Source of the DNA: Sphagnum compactum
Taxonomy: Eukaryota
DNA: 64,000 nucleotides
Direction of reading: 5' to 3'
Assembly (NCBI GenBank): GCA_965153455.1
Contig: OZ234493.1
Span: forward strand, 22,186,213-22,250,212
In this document: positions 40,621 to 53,887 of the stretch, piece by piece
Position numbering within the stretch: position 1 is the stretch's first letter
Layout: every line of letters begins with the position of its first letter
Notes under the pieces: generated by a model
What the model saw: the letters and a program-made list of their open reading frames with translations, nothing else
Database searches by the model: none
What the model was told of the DNA's origin: nothing
Made by a program: the position numbers and the translations under genes

Positions 40621-43600
40621 AGTCACCTTAACCAAGTTTACCTTTTTTTTTCCTTTATGTAACTAATAGTTCCAAGTTCCCAACTTGCTGTTGGATTTCT
40701 ATCTTTGTGATATTGTAAGTCTTATTGTTCATATATGGGTTTCAAAAGTCCAATAACAATATATGTTGTTGATCAAGCAACAAGTTTTTGATTTTTTCTT
40801 GGGCTTCTACTTGTGGGAGGTTGCGGTGGTTTTGTGTTTATGTGAACATTTATTTTTTAAAAGTAAATTGTGTTGGAGTGGAAAAAGTTTTTTCAAGAAC
40901 TAGAGTTCAATTCCCGCACAATCTACTTGAATTTGTTAATATTCATGATTTCTTGCTCTTGTAAGCTAATGTGTAATTGTTAAAACTTTGTGAAATACCA
41001 AAATTTGAAAATTGGGGATGCATATTATTTTTTACAAATCTATAGTTTTAATGTTTGTTTGAAGACTAACTCATTCATAATTGTGAAAGGGGAAAAAAAA
41101 TTTGAATGCATCATCATTTTGACAATTAATTTTTTGACAATTTTGAATACATATCCTTCTCTTTAAACAAAAAATGAATGTGCTATCTTGATATCAAAAG
41201 GTGTTGGATAAAATTGGATAACTAGAAAACACTTCAAACCCTTATCAAACCATTTTGTGGCAACGTAAATAGTCTCCAAATTGCCCTCCTTTTTGGTGAT
41301 ATTCACACCATATTTTCAAGACCCAAAAATCTGAACCATGTTTAATTTGAATTTGGTTATAATCGTATATACTAATTTACAAATGTGTAGGTATTGTTTT
41401 ATGATTATCTAAATTAGCTACCCAGTTTTAAGAAAATACAAATTTTTTGCAAGTAAATTCAAGTTAATAGGAACCAATATTAGATGTGTAATCACTAGTT
41501 GCATTTTTGTTAAAACGAGTCAAAGGTGCCCACTTGGAGTGGGTCCTTATACGGAGTGGATAGTCTAGTGAAGGTGATATGGCCAAATATGATTGGTCAT
41601 TAAGAAAATAAAAAATTGAAATCACGATTCACATGTTGACACAAATGTTTTTAATATTCGTATGACTTGAAAATATGTTACATTATATGGTTCTATGTAA
41701 AGGTGAATGAAAATAAATTGCCATAAATGCATCATTGAAGAGAATTGAAGATCTTCAAGGAATCCATTAATCAATAAAAGATGGTCTTACACTACATTAA
41801 ACGTGATTTTGGGTATTCCATACCCATTAGATCAATTTGAACTTTTCCTTGAATGATCCCCTAATACATTAAAAATATTTTTGTACAAGTTCATCCAGAA
41901 TTTCAACACAACTAATCTTCAATTTAAAAAAATGAAACAATTGAACAATTGTTATGAAAGGAATGACTCCTAATAGAAATAATGCACCCCACTGCTTAGG
42001 TTTACATCATCAAAATCATGTATTAATTTGAAGTATCATGAATGTTTCATGAATTTATATAACAATGTTTTGAATAGTTCAATGTGATATTTTGATATAT
42101 TTGAGAGTAATTTAATGAATATAAAATATTTGTTTTTTAAAGCACTATAATTAATGAGTGTTTAAGAAAACTAGATTTAAACATTATTTAAACATTGTTT
42201 ACTTGATCTCAAGGTGCCTCATCAACATGTTAGGATTTAAAAGGACTCTCAATAAATGAATTTGAATTTACCTTTCCCACCACTTCCAAAATTAGAAAAT
42301 GAGGCTTAAAACTTTGGAGCCTTTTTGAAAAAGGGCTGCAATAGGGTTCTAGTTCATGTTCCAATGGGAGACCCCCTTTGGTCTTCATGGCATGGTTCTC
42401 TGAAAGAATGTAGGTTACCCAAGACCAAAAGTGAAATCAACCCAAAACTTGGAATTAAACAATTGGTGATTATTAATGTTGGGCAATTTTGGCATTTTCA
42501 ACATAAATTCCAATTTATGTTCTCCAATTAAACATGGGCAATGTTCTAGTTCTAGGTGGAATTTTGCTTTTTATTAGAAGGTGGATTTAGTTTGGGTTTG
42601 GGTTCTCAAATGCTAGGTGGTTTTGGATCTGATTTTTTTTCATTAAAAAAGTTTGATTAGTTCATGGTTAATAGTAGAGTTTGGATAGGTTCCAATTAGT
42701 CCTTGGTTATTTTGAAACTCAAAATGAAAGGAGCCATTTGAGCACCAACAACAAAATGAAACAAAATAAAAAAGACATGAACGACCCAAAAGAGAGGAGT
42801 GACTTGAACACTACTGGAAAAAAGAAAAAAGACATTCAAACAAGTTAAAAATAAAAAAGGAAGCTTAAACATGGAAAGAGGAAGGAGATGGATGGTCAAG
42901 AGATAGGGTCATGATTGAAAAAAATGTGCAAAAAAAAAAAGGATGATAGGACAAAGGGGTGTTACTTATGACACACCCTAAATTTTAAGAAGAATGAGAA
43001 CTTGAATTAAACAAAAAGTTTGGTTTGGTTTAATTTTGGATTAAAACCCAAATTGAAACTAGTTGTTTGATTCTAGATTTTTAAGATGAAAATGAAATCG
43101 GGTTTTAAATCCTCACCCAATTTTGCTTTATGTGTGCTCGCTCATACTATTTCAAGTGTGAGATGATTCCAAACTTGTGGGTAGGTTCAGGTTTAGGGTT
43201 ATTGGAATTGGATCTAAAACCACCAATTCTTATTTGGGAAAGTCGATACATGCTAAATGAACATTGGTAATTGCCCAAGTGGATGGTAATTCAAGTCTTC
43301 AAACTTAGTGCTCATTCTTTTAACTTCCCACCAATGTTTTAAATGATGAAAGTTTTAGAAAAGTCCAAATGGCATGATGATGCACTAAAGGAATGTCCCT
43401 ACATTTTACCTTGCACATACTAAACATCTTGATGATTACAAATGTTTGATGCCTTTAGTTTGCACTTCACACCTTTTGACTTGGAACAACATAGGTACTT
43501 TTTATAAGAGCCCTTATTTCAAACACAAAAAAATTAGTGCTTTTGATGGCTAATTTAAAATAGACTTGGGGAGGTAGGTTTGGGTTATGCATGAGAGTCA

Positions 43601-45438
43601 ACTTTGAAATAGTGAAAATTTTGAAATGAACAAATGTTGTTTTCATCATATTTCTAGAATCTCATCTCGTTCAAAGGCACCTTTAAACTCTTCCAACTCT
43701 TCTTCTAGATCAATATCAACAAAGGATATATCTCAATATTTAGGGATTGTCACCGTCAACTTTCTTGTTATCATTGACACAACAGAATCCCAGCACAATG
43801 AATTTCTATTATCACCTTTCCATTCATTTCTTTGAATATGCAATCTTTCAAGATTAAATTTTATCCTTTCCTTTTCATTTTTCAGTAATCTACTTCCTTT
43901 TGTTTGTTGACTTGGGATTCTTCTTAGATTGGGTTTTCATCCATTTTAACTTCAATCATGAAAATTTCGAACATTGGTTTATTTTCATTTTCACTAAATT
44001 ATTCCATCTTGCTTAGCAAAAAACCCAAACAAATGTATTGCATCACATTAAAATTTGACAAATATTTTAAGAAATCCTATAAGATAAATGCATGCCAACA
44101 TTCATAAACATTTACATAAACATACTATCATTCATTTTTCCTTTTCTTCTCTATCATAATGTAATAATGTTATGCAAAGGGAACTAAGTGTAAGATGATG
44201 CAAAATTGATGTAAATATTAAGAGAAGAACAAATCATCTATTAGCTTAAATCTTGACAATCCTTGAAACGCAGAGCCCATCTAAAGCTAGACCTATCAAA
44301 GAGCACATCATGAGTGGTTTGAGGGAAACAAGTATTAATCTTACATTTTTGGATTTTATTAGTAACCACCTCATCAGGCGAGTAGGGAGTTTCTTGTAAG
44401 CTTATCCAAGCATGCTGCACTAGACGTGAGTTTCTTTCATGTAAATCCTACACATCAAAATAAGTAATTAATATTTAAAATAATTAATAACAATAGCAAC
44501 AAATGTAACAATAAAAAGTCCCCTAGAAAAAACCTAGAAAATTAACCCAAAAAAAACCAAATGAATAGCCAAAAAACAAAACAAAAATGAAAATGATCAA
44601 ATCATTTAAAAAAAAAAATGAAGTTAGCACAAAAACCCAAAATAGAAAAAAGCCCAAAAAGCCCAAAAAAGAAAAAAGAAAAAAACTTGAAGTTCTAAGC
44701 TTCAAGCTTGAACTCCAAGGTGATGAGTCGAACCTCTTATGATTTATCATTTGCACAAGCAAACAAAGGAGGGGAGTAATGTGATAGATCAATCAATAGA
44801 GCCAACATAGAAAAAAAGAAGCTGTGATCTCACACCTAGACAAGAAAACAAAGGAGGGAAGAGTACATGCGTTAGATTAACAAACAGAGCGAGGACCTAG
44901 GAAGGAAATGTGCAAGTAGAGCCAGGAGCACAAGCATGTACTTGAAAGAGCAGCACGAACATTGCCAAAAAAGAAATGTGCAAGGAGAGTGGGAGCCAGG
45001 AAAGAATGTGCAAGAATAGCCATGAATTGAGAAAGAATAGAAAAACGATTTAGTAGCCTCAATGCACACAAAACCTTAATCCCCACAACTTCAAAACATT
45101 GGAACAATGGAGAAAAGTGGGGTCCAAATGAAAACTTTTACTAGAAGCCCTTTTATCTATGTGAAGACAAGTTTTCCTTTTTTTTTCACTAGAAATGTCC
45201 ATTGAGGATTTCCCTAAACCTAAAATCCAAAAACATTGGATTCCCATACAAGTGTCTGAAAGACAATGATATCCACCGATCTTCATTGTGAGAACCTGCC
45301 TGAACCCCTGACTGATTCTTGAGATTTTGCATACCCACCCAACACTGGTTTTGAACCTTACCAAGGGGTCTCGGCTTAATGCACCCCCCACTTTGTTGGG
45401 TCCTCCAGAAGCCCAAAAGCTAGATCATGCTCTCCATT

Positions 45439-45592
45439 CACTACTACAAAATGTGGGTGTAGTTCATTAGTCCCCGTTCACTAAACCAGTGAATTCACTT
45501 CTTTTTTACTGGTCCCTGTTCACTACAACCAGTGAATTCACTCAAAATCTAGTGAAATCACTTGGCGTATAGGGACACCTTTTGTTGTAGTG
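45439..45592. mobile_element. 154-bp mini-CACTA element
   Basis: TIRs cactactacaaaatgtg and caccttttgttgtagtg, ATT on both sides, and internal gttcacta..accagtgaattcac subterminal repeats. Confidence 0.88.
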
Positions 45593-46121
45593 ATTCAAGA
45601 AAGTAATGAACCTAATGAAGCTTAAACTGACACAATGATTCCCACAACTCCTCCCAAATGCATGACACAATGGGCCAAAACTAGTCTTTAAGAATGTCCT
45701 TTGGGCTGGAGGGGCAGAGTGTGAAATTGTACCTATACCAGAGTAATGTAGGTATTATTAGGTTCCTGGAAATAGTAGCCTTAGAGCAAGTATGATTTCC
45801 TTTTTGTCTCATTGGCCAACCCACAATATGTGAAATCTCTAGAAGATCTGTTTGGCCATTGAATCCCTTCATGTACCAGGGTAGGTATAAAGATTCAATT
45901 CTTGGAAAATCAGGCAAGATCATCACCACATCAATTAATTGTTTTTGGGTTTTTTCTGACTAGACCCATTGAGGATTATTTAATACCAAACATTGGTTGT
46001 AAGTAAGTACGGTAGTTTTGAAAAGAAAAAATTGAACTCATAATGTAGTTCACAGTAAACAAGTGATGAAACATTCCTCAAAATGTGGGACCAAATGAAC
46101 TCTGCATCATCCTTCAGTGAT

Positions 46122-46123
46122 CT

Positions 46124-46158
<35 letters not shown>
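46122..46158. repeat. (CT)n microsatellite
   Basis: Read directly from the sequence. Confidence 0.9.
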
Positions 46159-46161
<3 letters not shown>

Positions 46162-49100
46162 CCTGACCCAAAGACAAAAAGATAAGGAGACTCAGTACTC
46201 AGTACCTATCTGATTGTCTTACCAGACATCTAATGAAACATACAAGAACTGTTGCTGTTTGTTGGGTCACAGCAGCAACAGCCAAAAATAAATAATATTT
46301 GTGTGGTGAGCAAAAAGAAGGCGCAGCAGAAGCAGAGGCAGCAAACTGATCATCTTTGTGTACCCTTAAATCTCTGTTCTCTAGCTCTCTCTCTACTGGT
46401 TTTTTTAGCATGATCTAGTGGGTTTGCAGTTTTGCAGTAGCATGATGATGCTTTTGAACCTTACTTGTTGCTTGCCATGACTCTGTGCTAGTAGTAGGTG
46501 TGGTCCAGTTTTGTACTTTGCATTCACAATATAGGCCGGGAATTTGTTGTTGAGACAGTTGTTGTTCACAAATTTGTTTTGAGCCTTATTATTGGATGTT
46601 TTAGTAGCTTGTCAAGTCATTGATCACTTTCCCATCTGTGATCATTTGTCAGGGGGTTTATTAGCTTGATTGTTGTGATCCATAGATGAAGGAATCAGCT
46701 GTGGGATCGATTTCAAAACCACCCACAAACAAACAGAAACCCAGAAGAGAATTATCAACCCAGAATTAGGTTTGCCCCTGTCATCAGTTCCAGACTAAAT
46801 GCATATTTGGGCTAGACTTATTTGGCATCATCGATTGGCATTTCTGGTAGTATTTTCAGCTTGACCTCCAGCCTTTGTCTATTGAACTTTGTAGAGCCCC
46901 CACCCCCTCCCCCCAGTCTGCAACGCACTCAGGAAGACCATGTAAAAGTTGCTGCTGCCACAACAAGTAACTGTTTATTGCAGAGTGATGGTCTGAGTCC
47001 ACCAAAAGCACCTCTTGATGGAAGGGGCAGACCAGTGGGGAGCAGAAAACAAGCAGGAAAAGCAAGAACTGCACTATCTACCCAAAAAAAACATTTGCAA
47101 GATTTTCATCCCATATCCAACAATATGTGCATCAAATCCAGTTCCCTGCATTGATCCTAGTCTGGCAGACTTGGAGATTGCAAAGGATGTCCTTCAATTC
47201 ACTAGGCATTTGGGGCTGCTTGGGATTGACCTTTGGTTTTGCTGCATAGATCCCATCTGCAACCAAGAGGAAAACATCAGGGCTGGGAATGATAGGGGAT
47301 ATAGTATATTCTTTAGAGTTTAGGGTTTAAGAGGTTTAGAGTGTTTTGCTCTTGCCATGGGTTTTACATCTCTTGGCAGTTTTGGAAACTTGCATTTGCA
47401 TAAAAGTTAGTCAATTGCCTAATGGAACAAGGAGATTTGGTCTGGTATCAACTTTTGAACAACATACGGGCGTGGTCCTGGTATTGGGTGCTAACTTTCA
47501 TAGCAGCCTGGTCCTGGGCTTGGATCCTAGACTAAGTTTTGGCTGGTATGAAGCATGCAGATACTATTTACCTGGTATTGAAATTGCTATAAAACTGGTA
47601 CAAAGCTGGTGTTCTCTCATGTCCATACATGTACCTGGTTTAGGGTCATACCGGCCTTCAGGTAGGGTCCTTGCTATGAGTATTGATACCAGTGTTGATT
47701 GAGACCAGGTACAGGCGAATATATCAGACTGGAACACTGGTATAAAACCACTTCTTGTATGCCTTAATATTTGCAAGGAATTCTTCTACAGGTTGGTAAT
47801 TAATTTGTTGGCTGATGGGATAGTTGTGTTATCACCTTATCAGTAGTTGTTGGTGTATGAAGTTTGTTGTTCCTTTGTAAACATCTTGCAGCGCTAGTCT
47901 TACTCTAATGTTGTGCTTCTAGGTCTTGTTGAACACCTGGAGGTCATCTTTTCTTTCTTGAGAGGCTTTTCTCCTCCACAATGCAAAATCTTTATACCAT
48001 CTGTATTTAGGGGGGAAGAGGGCGGGAACAAGTCAGATCCGAAATTGACATGAGTGATCAGAATCCTGCAGTGAGATCAGTCAAAGTGAAGAAAGACTGT
48101 GAAGAGAACCAGTTTTGAAAACAACCTCCAGTCCTTTAGCTTAATATGAGTTCAGCTGAAGGAAGAGGAAGAATTCAACCCTGACCTTACACAATCATGA
48201 GAACCTCCCTCCCTCTCAAGAAAAGAAATTATTGTTGCACTTCTGTGTCCTCTTTGGTGCTGTACTGCATTCCATTGCATGAAATGTTAAACTTTGAGGA
48301 AAGAGTGGCACTTTCGCATCAACAACATGCAAGGATGCTTTTCATAAATCCTGTGTGTGAATGCTTTCTGCTTTCATATGAACCCATGGTCCTTTTGTCA
48401 CACAAATTGTCCAACAATTGCACTAAGTTGCACTGCGTTATTTATTTCAATTACTTGACTTCTCTGTTGATCTGGTGCAATGCCATTGGGAAGAACCATT
48501 GTAACTGGAAACAAGGCAAAGCTAAGTCAGTATTTAATCAATTTAACTGTCTGGGAAAACCTGTGATTATTTGGTAAAGTCCGACATGACACCATCTTGG
48601 CTTTGCACCAAATGGATTTGTAGACCAATGTACTATAACTGTGTCAACAAGCTCAAATTTCAAAGTGAAGTCCATGGTACAAAAATATTTGCTGCCAAAT
48701 TCCTGATTGGAACACATACACAATATTGGCAAGTTCATGTAGCCTGGTGAACCTGCTATTTATGCCAGGGAATGCACCCTCCGTGGCTAATTCTACCAGG
48801 CTTGGAGCCACCATGCACACTTCCACACCATAGAAGCAAGTCTGTCTATCATGTTTATTGTAAGGATGTGAATGGTGGGAAGGTAAGCAAATGTAAACTA
48901 TCGATTTTTGACTCTTGGAGCAGGCAAATGTTCATATGGCAGCCTAGCTAGGCTCCAGACCAAACCAAACTTTTGTCACCAAAAAAGTAGGGAGCAGATG
49001 AGGAGTTGATTTCCTCAACCACCTATGTTCTCGTAGACATCAAAAACCTTAATCATGTGTAAGCATAAAATGGATCAACAAGAAACAAAATCACAACAAC

Positions 49101-50664
49101 AGTTTATTTCTGCTTTACTGCATAGCCTTATGCAGGCCCATGACACTCCTAAACACATGTATGAGCATAAATCTTAATTTATAGGCAGTTGATGGATCAG
49201 AACGCTCCAGATTTACTCTCATGAGCTCTCAGGTCTTCATCATGGCATTATCATAATGTGGACTCCCAATACCAACAGTTTGTCTTTCAGCATAGTTCCC
49301 CACAAAGAAATTGTCAACTCCAGCACTCATTCCCACAACAAATTGTTTTCTCAAAAACCCATAACCCAAGAAGTTATGTTCATGCTGGTTTCTAATATGT
49401 TGCAGCCCACTACTCACATGCCTTTCCCTAGTCATGCAGCCACAGATATTGAATTACCATGATATGCACAGTAATCCCACTAAGTTCTCACTTGGCAAAA
49501 ACTTCCCAGTCACCGTTCCACATCACACTATTTTTGAAAATAGCATATAGACTCTCTCTAATGTACCTGCAAAATGAAGAGCAATTCATGCAGGAAAGTT
49601 TGTTAAAAAAATGATCATGTTCTTCTCCACATTTTTCGCAAATATTGACCAAAACAAAACAAAAGATGGGAGGAAGATCTTTTGATGTGCAAAACTTGCT
49701 AACTTGTGTCATAATACAGAATCCCATGCTAGTGGAACAAGAAAAAAGACTCTGGAAAAAATGAGACAAGTTTTCACTCCACAACATTTTGTCTCCCTTC
49801 TTATCAAATTCTAATAGACAGCACCTTATAGTGAAATCTAGAAAGACTGGTTTAGATGAGGCGCAATCCGACAAGGAAGCTGGCTCCAAGCCTGCAGGTC
49901 TAATTTCATGCAAAACCTCATGTGTCAATTCAGTGAGGCAATCCTCCAGCGTTGCTTGAGGCAAATTATTGTCCTTTGCAAAGAAATTCTCTTAACAGTT
50001 CTGAGGTTTGAGTTTCTGAGTCAAAAATGAATAACTTAAATCTCTTTTAGAAACATTTTTGTAGCTGAATTGCTTGAGAAACTAACTGTGCTTTGTCAAG
50101 AGGAAGAGGGACAATACTTGTTGTGACGCAATAATTTTCCTTGCAAAGCTTGGGAAGAAGGATCCATTGTCTAGATATTAAGATCCATTGCTTGGAAAAA
50201 TGTTGAGTTCCCACCAATCTATCTAGATCTGTAAAATGCTTCCCATTACTTGATGTGGTTTCTCCAGAGCTTTTTCTTGGAGATCCAAAGTGGCCATCAT
50301 TCATTCATAGAAAGATGTAGTAAAAGTGGTGATCACCTGTAGGAAGATTTAGCCAAATCTGGCTATAAACTCAGAAATAAAGCACAAATCTTTTAATAAA
50401 GCCTTTCATATATTTTTGGCTACACGATGAAAAAACCAAATATTTGAATCTTGAGATTTTTAACCTCCAAAATCACTTCTTTTTGGCAAAATTTTAGTTT
50501 TTGTATTCTGCTGAAAATTTGCCAGTAAACAGAAAAAGCTGCTATTCATTGCCCTGCCCTGGTTAATATGTCAGAGCCTGCCCAGAAACATAAGAGCTGA
50601 CCCCTAAACACATAAGATTCTGCCCAGAGACGGAAATGACCTTTGGTGTCAGGAGGGAATCTGT

Positions 50665-51057
50665 GGCCACAAGTGAACCAGCACCCACCAGTGCACCATG
50701 AAGGATGAATGGTAAGTGGTCAGGAAACAGTTTTCTGTTGGGTTTCAGTTCCCTAACTAACTAACCATGGTGGTTAGCTCAGTTGTGTTTTTTTCCTACG
50801 TACCTACCTCCTAACAACTCACAAGCAGGTTGTAAGTAGGTAGTAAACGAAAAAAGCCCATTTCCTATGTATAAACCATCTAGTTACTTTGTAGTTACTT
50901 ATTTTCCTACCTATCTACCTATATATGAGACCTATTTCCTACAGAAATGGTTACCAAGGTGAAACAAAAGATTAACTCAGTTGAGGTACATCCACAACTT
51001 GAATAATAACGGGCATCCGGTGGATGATGCACTGGTGGGTGCTTGGTTCACTGTGGC
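50665..51057. mobile_element. MITE with ~30-bp TIRs (possibly PIF/Harbinger-Tourist type)
   Basis: gccacaagtgaaccagcacccaccagtgca and tgcactggtgggtgcttggttcactgtggc, with TGT on both flanks (possible 3-bp TSD). Confidence 0.8.
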
Positions 51058-51296
51058 TGTTGTAAGTGTGCATCAAACATGCCACAATTTCAGCCCATAT
51101 CAGGCACATTGCACATTTTTGATTAAAAAAAATTCTTGTCTGAGTTTTCTTTTAGCACGAGACATTTAAATGCAATACAACATAAAAATTGCTCGCAATT
51201 TTGGCTAAATTTGAAGCTGACCATTAAATGTGTGAAAATTTCTTTGTTAATGCCCATCATATGAATGGGGGGCGAGGGGTTTAGGGTTTAGGGTTA

Positions 51297-51777
51297 TGAC
51301 CTAAAGGGATGACAATGACACCTTATTTTGCACTGACATAATTTTTCGTAAAAATGTAAGTGAATGAATCCCTTGTGTTTCCAACCATTCAGCTTACAAC
51401 AAGCATGAAATGAATGGTCTTCTCTTGATGTAGTGCGTTGTTAATGTAGCGTGTTGTGTTAACAAGAATTCACGTGCATACATCATGTGCGTAAACAGCA
51501 ACAAACAATTTGTTGACATTTTTTCTGTTACAAATTTACTCAAAGTGACAAAAAAAATTCTGGCTTTGACACAATCACCAATCTCCCACCACCCATTTGT
51601 CCACATGCAACCTAGCCAAACTGTTTTGGTACCGCTTCGTAGGTCTTTGCACTAAATTGAGCGCTTCAAGTAGTTGCAAAGGTAGTTGCATCCGATTAGC
51701 CCGGTAGGACCATATTCCACCTAGGAAGATACAAGGGTGTCAAGCCTGGTAAGGCGCCATGTCATCCCTTTAGGTCA
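51297..51777. mobile_element. MITE with TA target-site duplication (Tc1/mariner-type TSD)
   Basis: ta|tgacctaaagggatgaca ... tgtcatccctttaggtca|ta: a perfect 18-bp TIR that extends imperfectly to ~29 bp. Confidence 0.85.
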
Positions 51778-53149
51778 TAAGGGTCCCTTTAGTTGATCCA
51801 CGGTTGTTTCACCTCACAAGTGGAACCAGCATCTGACATCATCTCCCACTTTAAAAATACCCTTGAACAGTATCTGCATACGACGCCAAAATGGAATCCA
51901 CATATGGACCACCTGTCCCACTTAAGAAAAAAAACAGAGAAAAGTAGCTGAATAGAACACGAAAGACTGGTTATTGTGCTGAACTTTACTGCAATAAAAT
52001 ATTACAATAAAATGAGAGGTACAATGAAAGGACACAAGTGGTATCAATCAACTCCAAGTTTTGCTAGTGAAGACATACAACAAAAAAAATAATCAAACTA
52101 TCAACAGCTAAGTAACAGGGGAGTACAGAAAATGTGCAGATAATGTGCATGGGGTGGAAATGAAGAGGTGGTCAAGTGAAGAGGTGGTCAGTTCCACTGC
52201 CGCCACGTACAACTTGTTGGTTATAAAGGCTAGATGAAAAAAATGTTTGGTTGATCATACCAAAAGATTGGACATGATGATAAAAACAAACTCCAAATGA
52301 CCAATGACTAGATGAAAAGGTTGTAAAAAAGTCATACCTAGAATAACAGCCAGGGATTCATCGCCATGGCAGCATGCTCATCATGTGTGCACCAGATGTC
52401 CAACTGCACAAGAAACAGCCTGCAGGTCTAACCCAACTCTTGTGCTCATTGGGCTGTCTAGAGGGGGCAATTTTGTGGTCTTCTCAAACGGTGATTGGAT
52501 TGTATCAAGCTCAATGACAATCTACATGGATACACCCATGAACACATGTTATCATGAAGACCATGTGAACACCCACACAGTCACAGAGTGACACCCCCAG
52601 TTATTGTGCAAAATACAACCAACCAAGCATTAGCATCAATGATCGAAGAACAACTAAACTTCATACTCTGTCAGCACAGTAAAAGTCAGACAAAAGGCAT
52701 GCACAGATGCATTGAACAGGGAGGGAGGAGGGAGGGAGGGAGGCAGGGAGGAAGGGTTTCATGTCTAGCAAATAGTCTTTGCCTACGACAAAGGCTTCCA
52801 GGGTGTTAAAGGTACCAATAAGGTAAGTACTTGTGGACAGCATCAGGCATCCAGATTCCATAACTGTAAGGTAAATGAACACAGAAAAATAAAATTTTCT
52901 TAACCCTGAAACCTAAACTTGCAAACAAACAAACACTTGTCACTGCATCAATTTTAGTTATAGTTAGAAAGCCCCCTCCCTTCCCCACGCTTACGAAACC
53001 ACCTAGGTGACTTTCGTGTGTGCACTTCCTTCCTTGTGCACAAGCAAGCTAACACCTGGAGGCAGGTGGAGGTGGTGTGGAGATTGATGATGACGATGAT
53101 GCTGATGAGTACAAGTGAAGGAATGGGAAGTTGCAGTATACTTACTGGG

Positions 53150-53533
53150 TAGTTGAACGGAGAATTAGGCACGAATTAGGGGGGGAGCGCGTGAATGGAA
53201 GAACGTGGCCGAGAAAAAGAAGAGTGGAGAATTAGCCAAGAGACATGTGTGTCGGTCCCACATCCGTTATGTAGCTCAGGCACGCAAGCCTGCTTGCTAC
53301 CTTCCGTAGACTCCTGCCTATCCTTCATCTTCCGTCTCTTGTATGCCGCGCCCACCCCCTCCCACGTTAAGACCATTTCCACCGCCACTTTTCAAGCACC
53401 CCAAAAATAATCACTCCCTGTTGCTGCTGCTTCCTTCATCGTGAGCTTTCTTCGAGTCATTTTTTCTGTTTTAACGCTTTCACAAGAAACCGGGGTTTTC
53501 TTTCAAGTAAAGCAGGGATAGAAAACGAGGAAT

Positions 53534-53567
<34 letters not shown>

Positions 53568-53570
53568 AAG
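53150..53570. promoter_or_regulatory. CpG-rich promoter region of SGR with ABRE-like sites and a GA repeat
   Basis: ACGTGGC at 53203-53209, CGCGTG at 53188-53193, CCACGT at 53362-53367 and (GA)n at about 53536-53566. CpG is retained here but nearly absent in the surrounding transposon DNA. Function is inferred. Confidence 0.5.
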
Positions 53571-53887
53571 ACCCAAGATCCGTAGACAGGTGGAGATAAT
53601 TCCCTTGATCAGTTCACTTGACAATGAAGGTTGAGCTCCGCAGAAACACGAAACTGGCATTTTCTTTGAGTGGTGGACGAGATTTTGGATCATCGGCCTG
53701 AATTTGTAGGGAAAGGTGTGAAGCTTTTCTTTAAGGGGTAAATATTGGCTGAGAAAGAAACCAAGAGAAAAAAACGAAAGAGGTTAGGTGATTGATCACA
53801 CTCTTTCTGGGGAGAACTGCTATCTTGGGAGTACAAAACCCTCGAGATTTCCAAATCGTGTTTTTTTTGAGAACGGGGACAACTTAC

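Noticed and set aside
49488..49964. 158-aa minus-strand ORF as a stand-alone gene
   Set aside because: Non-ATG start, no recognisable domain, and it appears to run through intron-like sequence; kept only as part of the candidate divergent transcript.
51277..51296. Telomere or chromosome-fusion site
   Set aside because: Only two to three TTTAGGG units, and such short tracts recur throughout the window.
53792..53887. Upstream in-frame extension of SGR exon 1 shown in the ORF track
   Set aside because: It begins at a non-ATG codon; the first in-frame ATG is at 53888 and gives a typical MAS- transit-peptide start.
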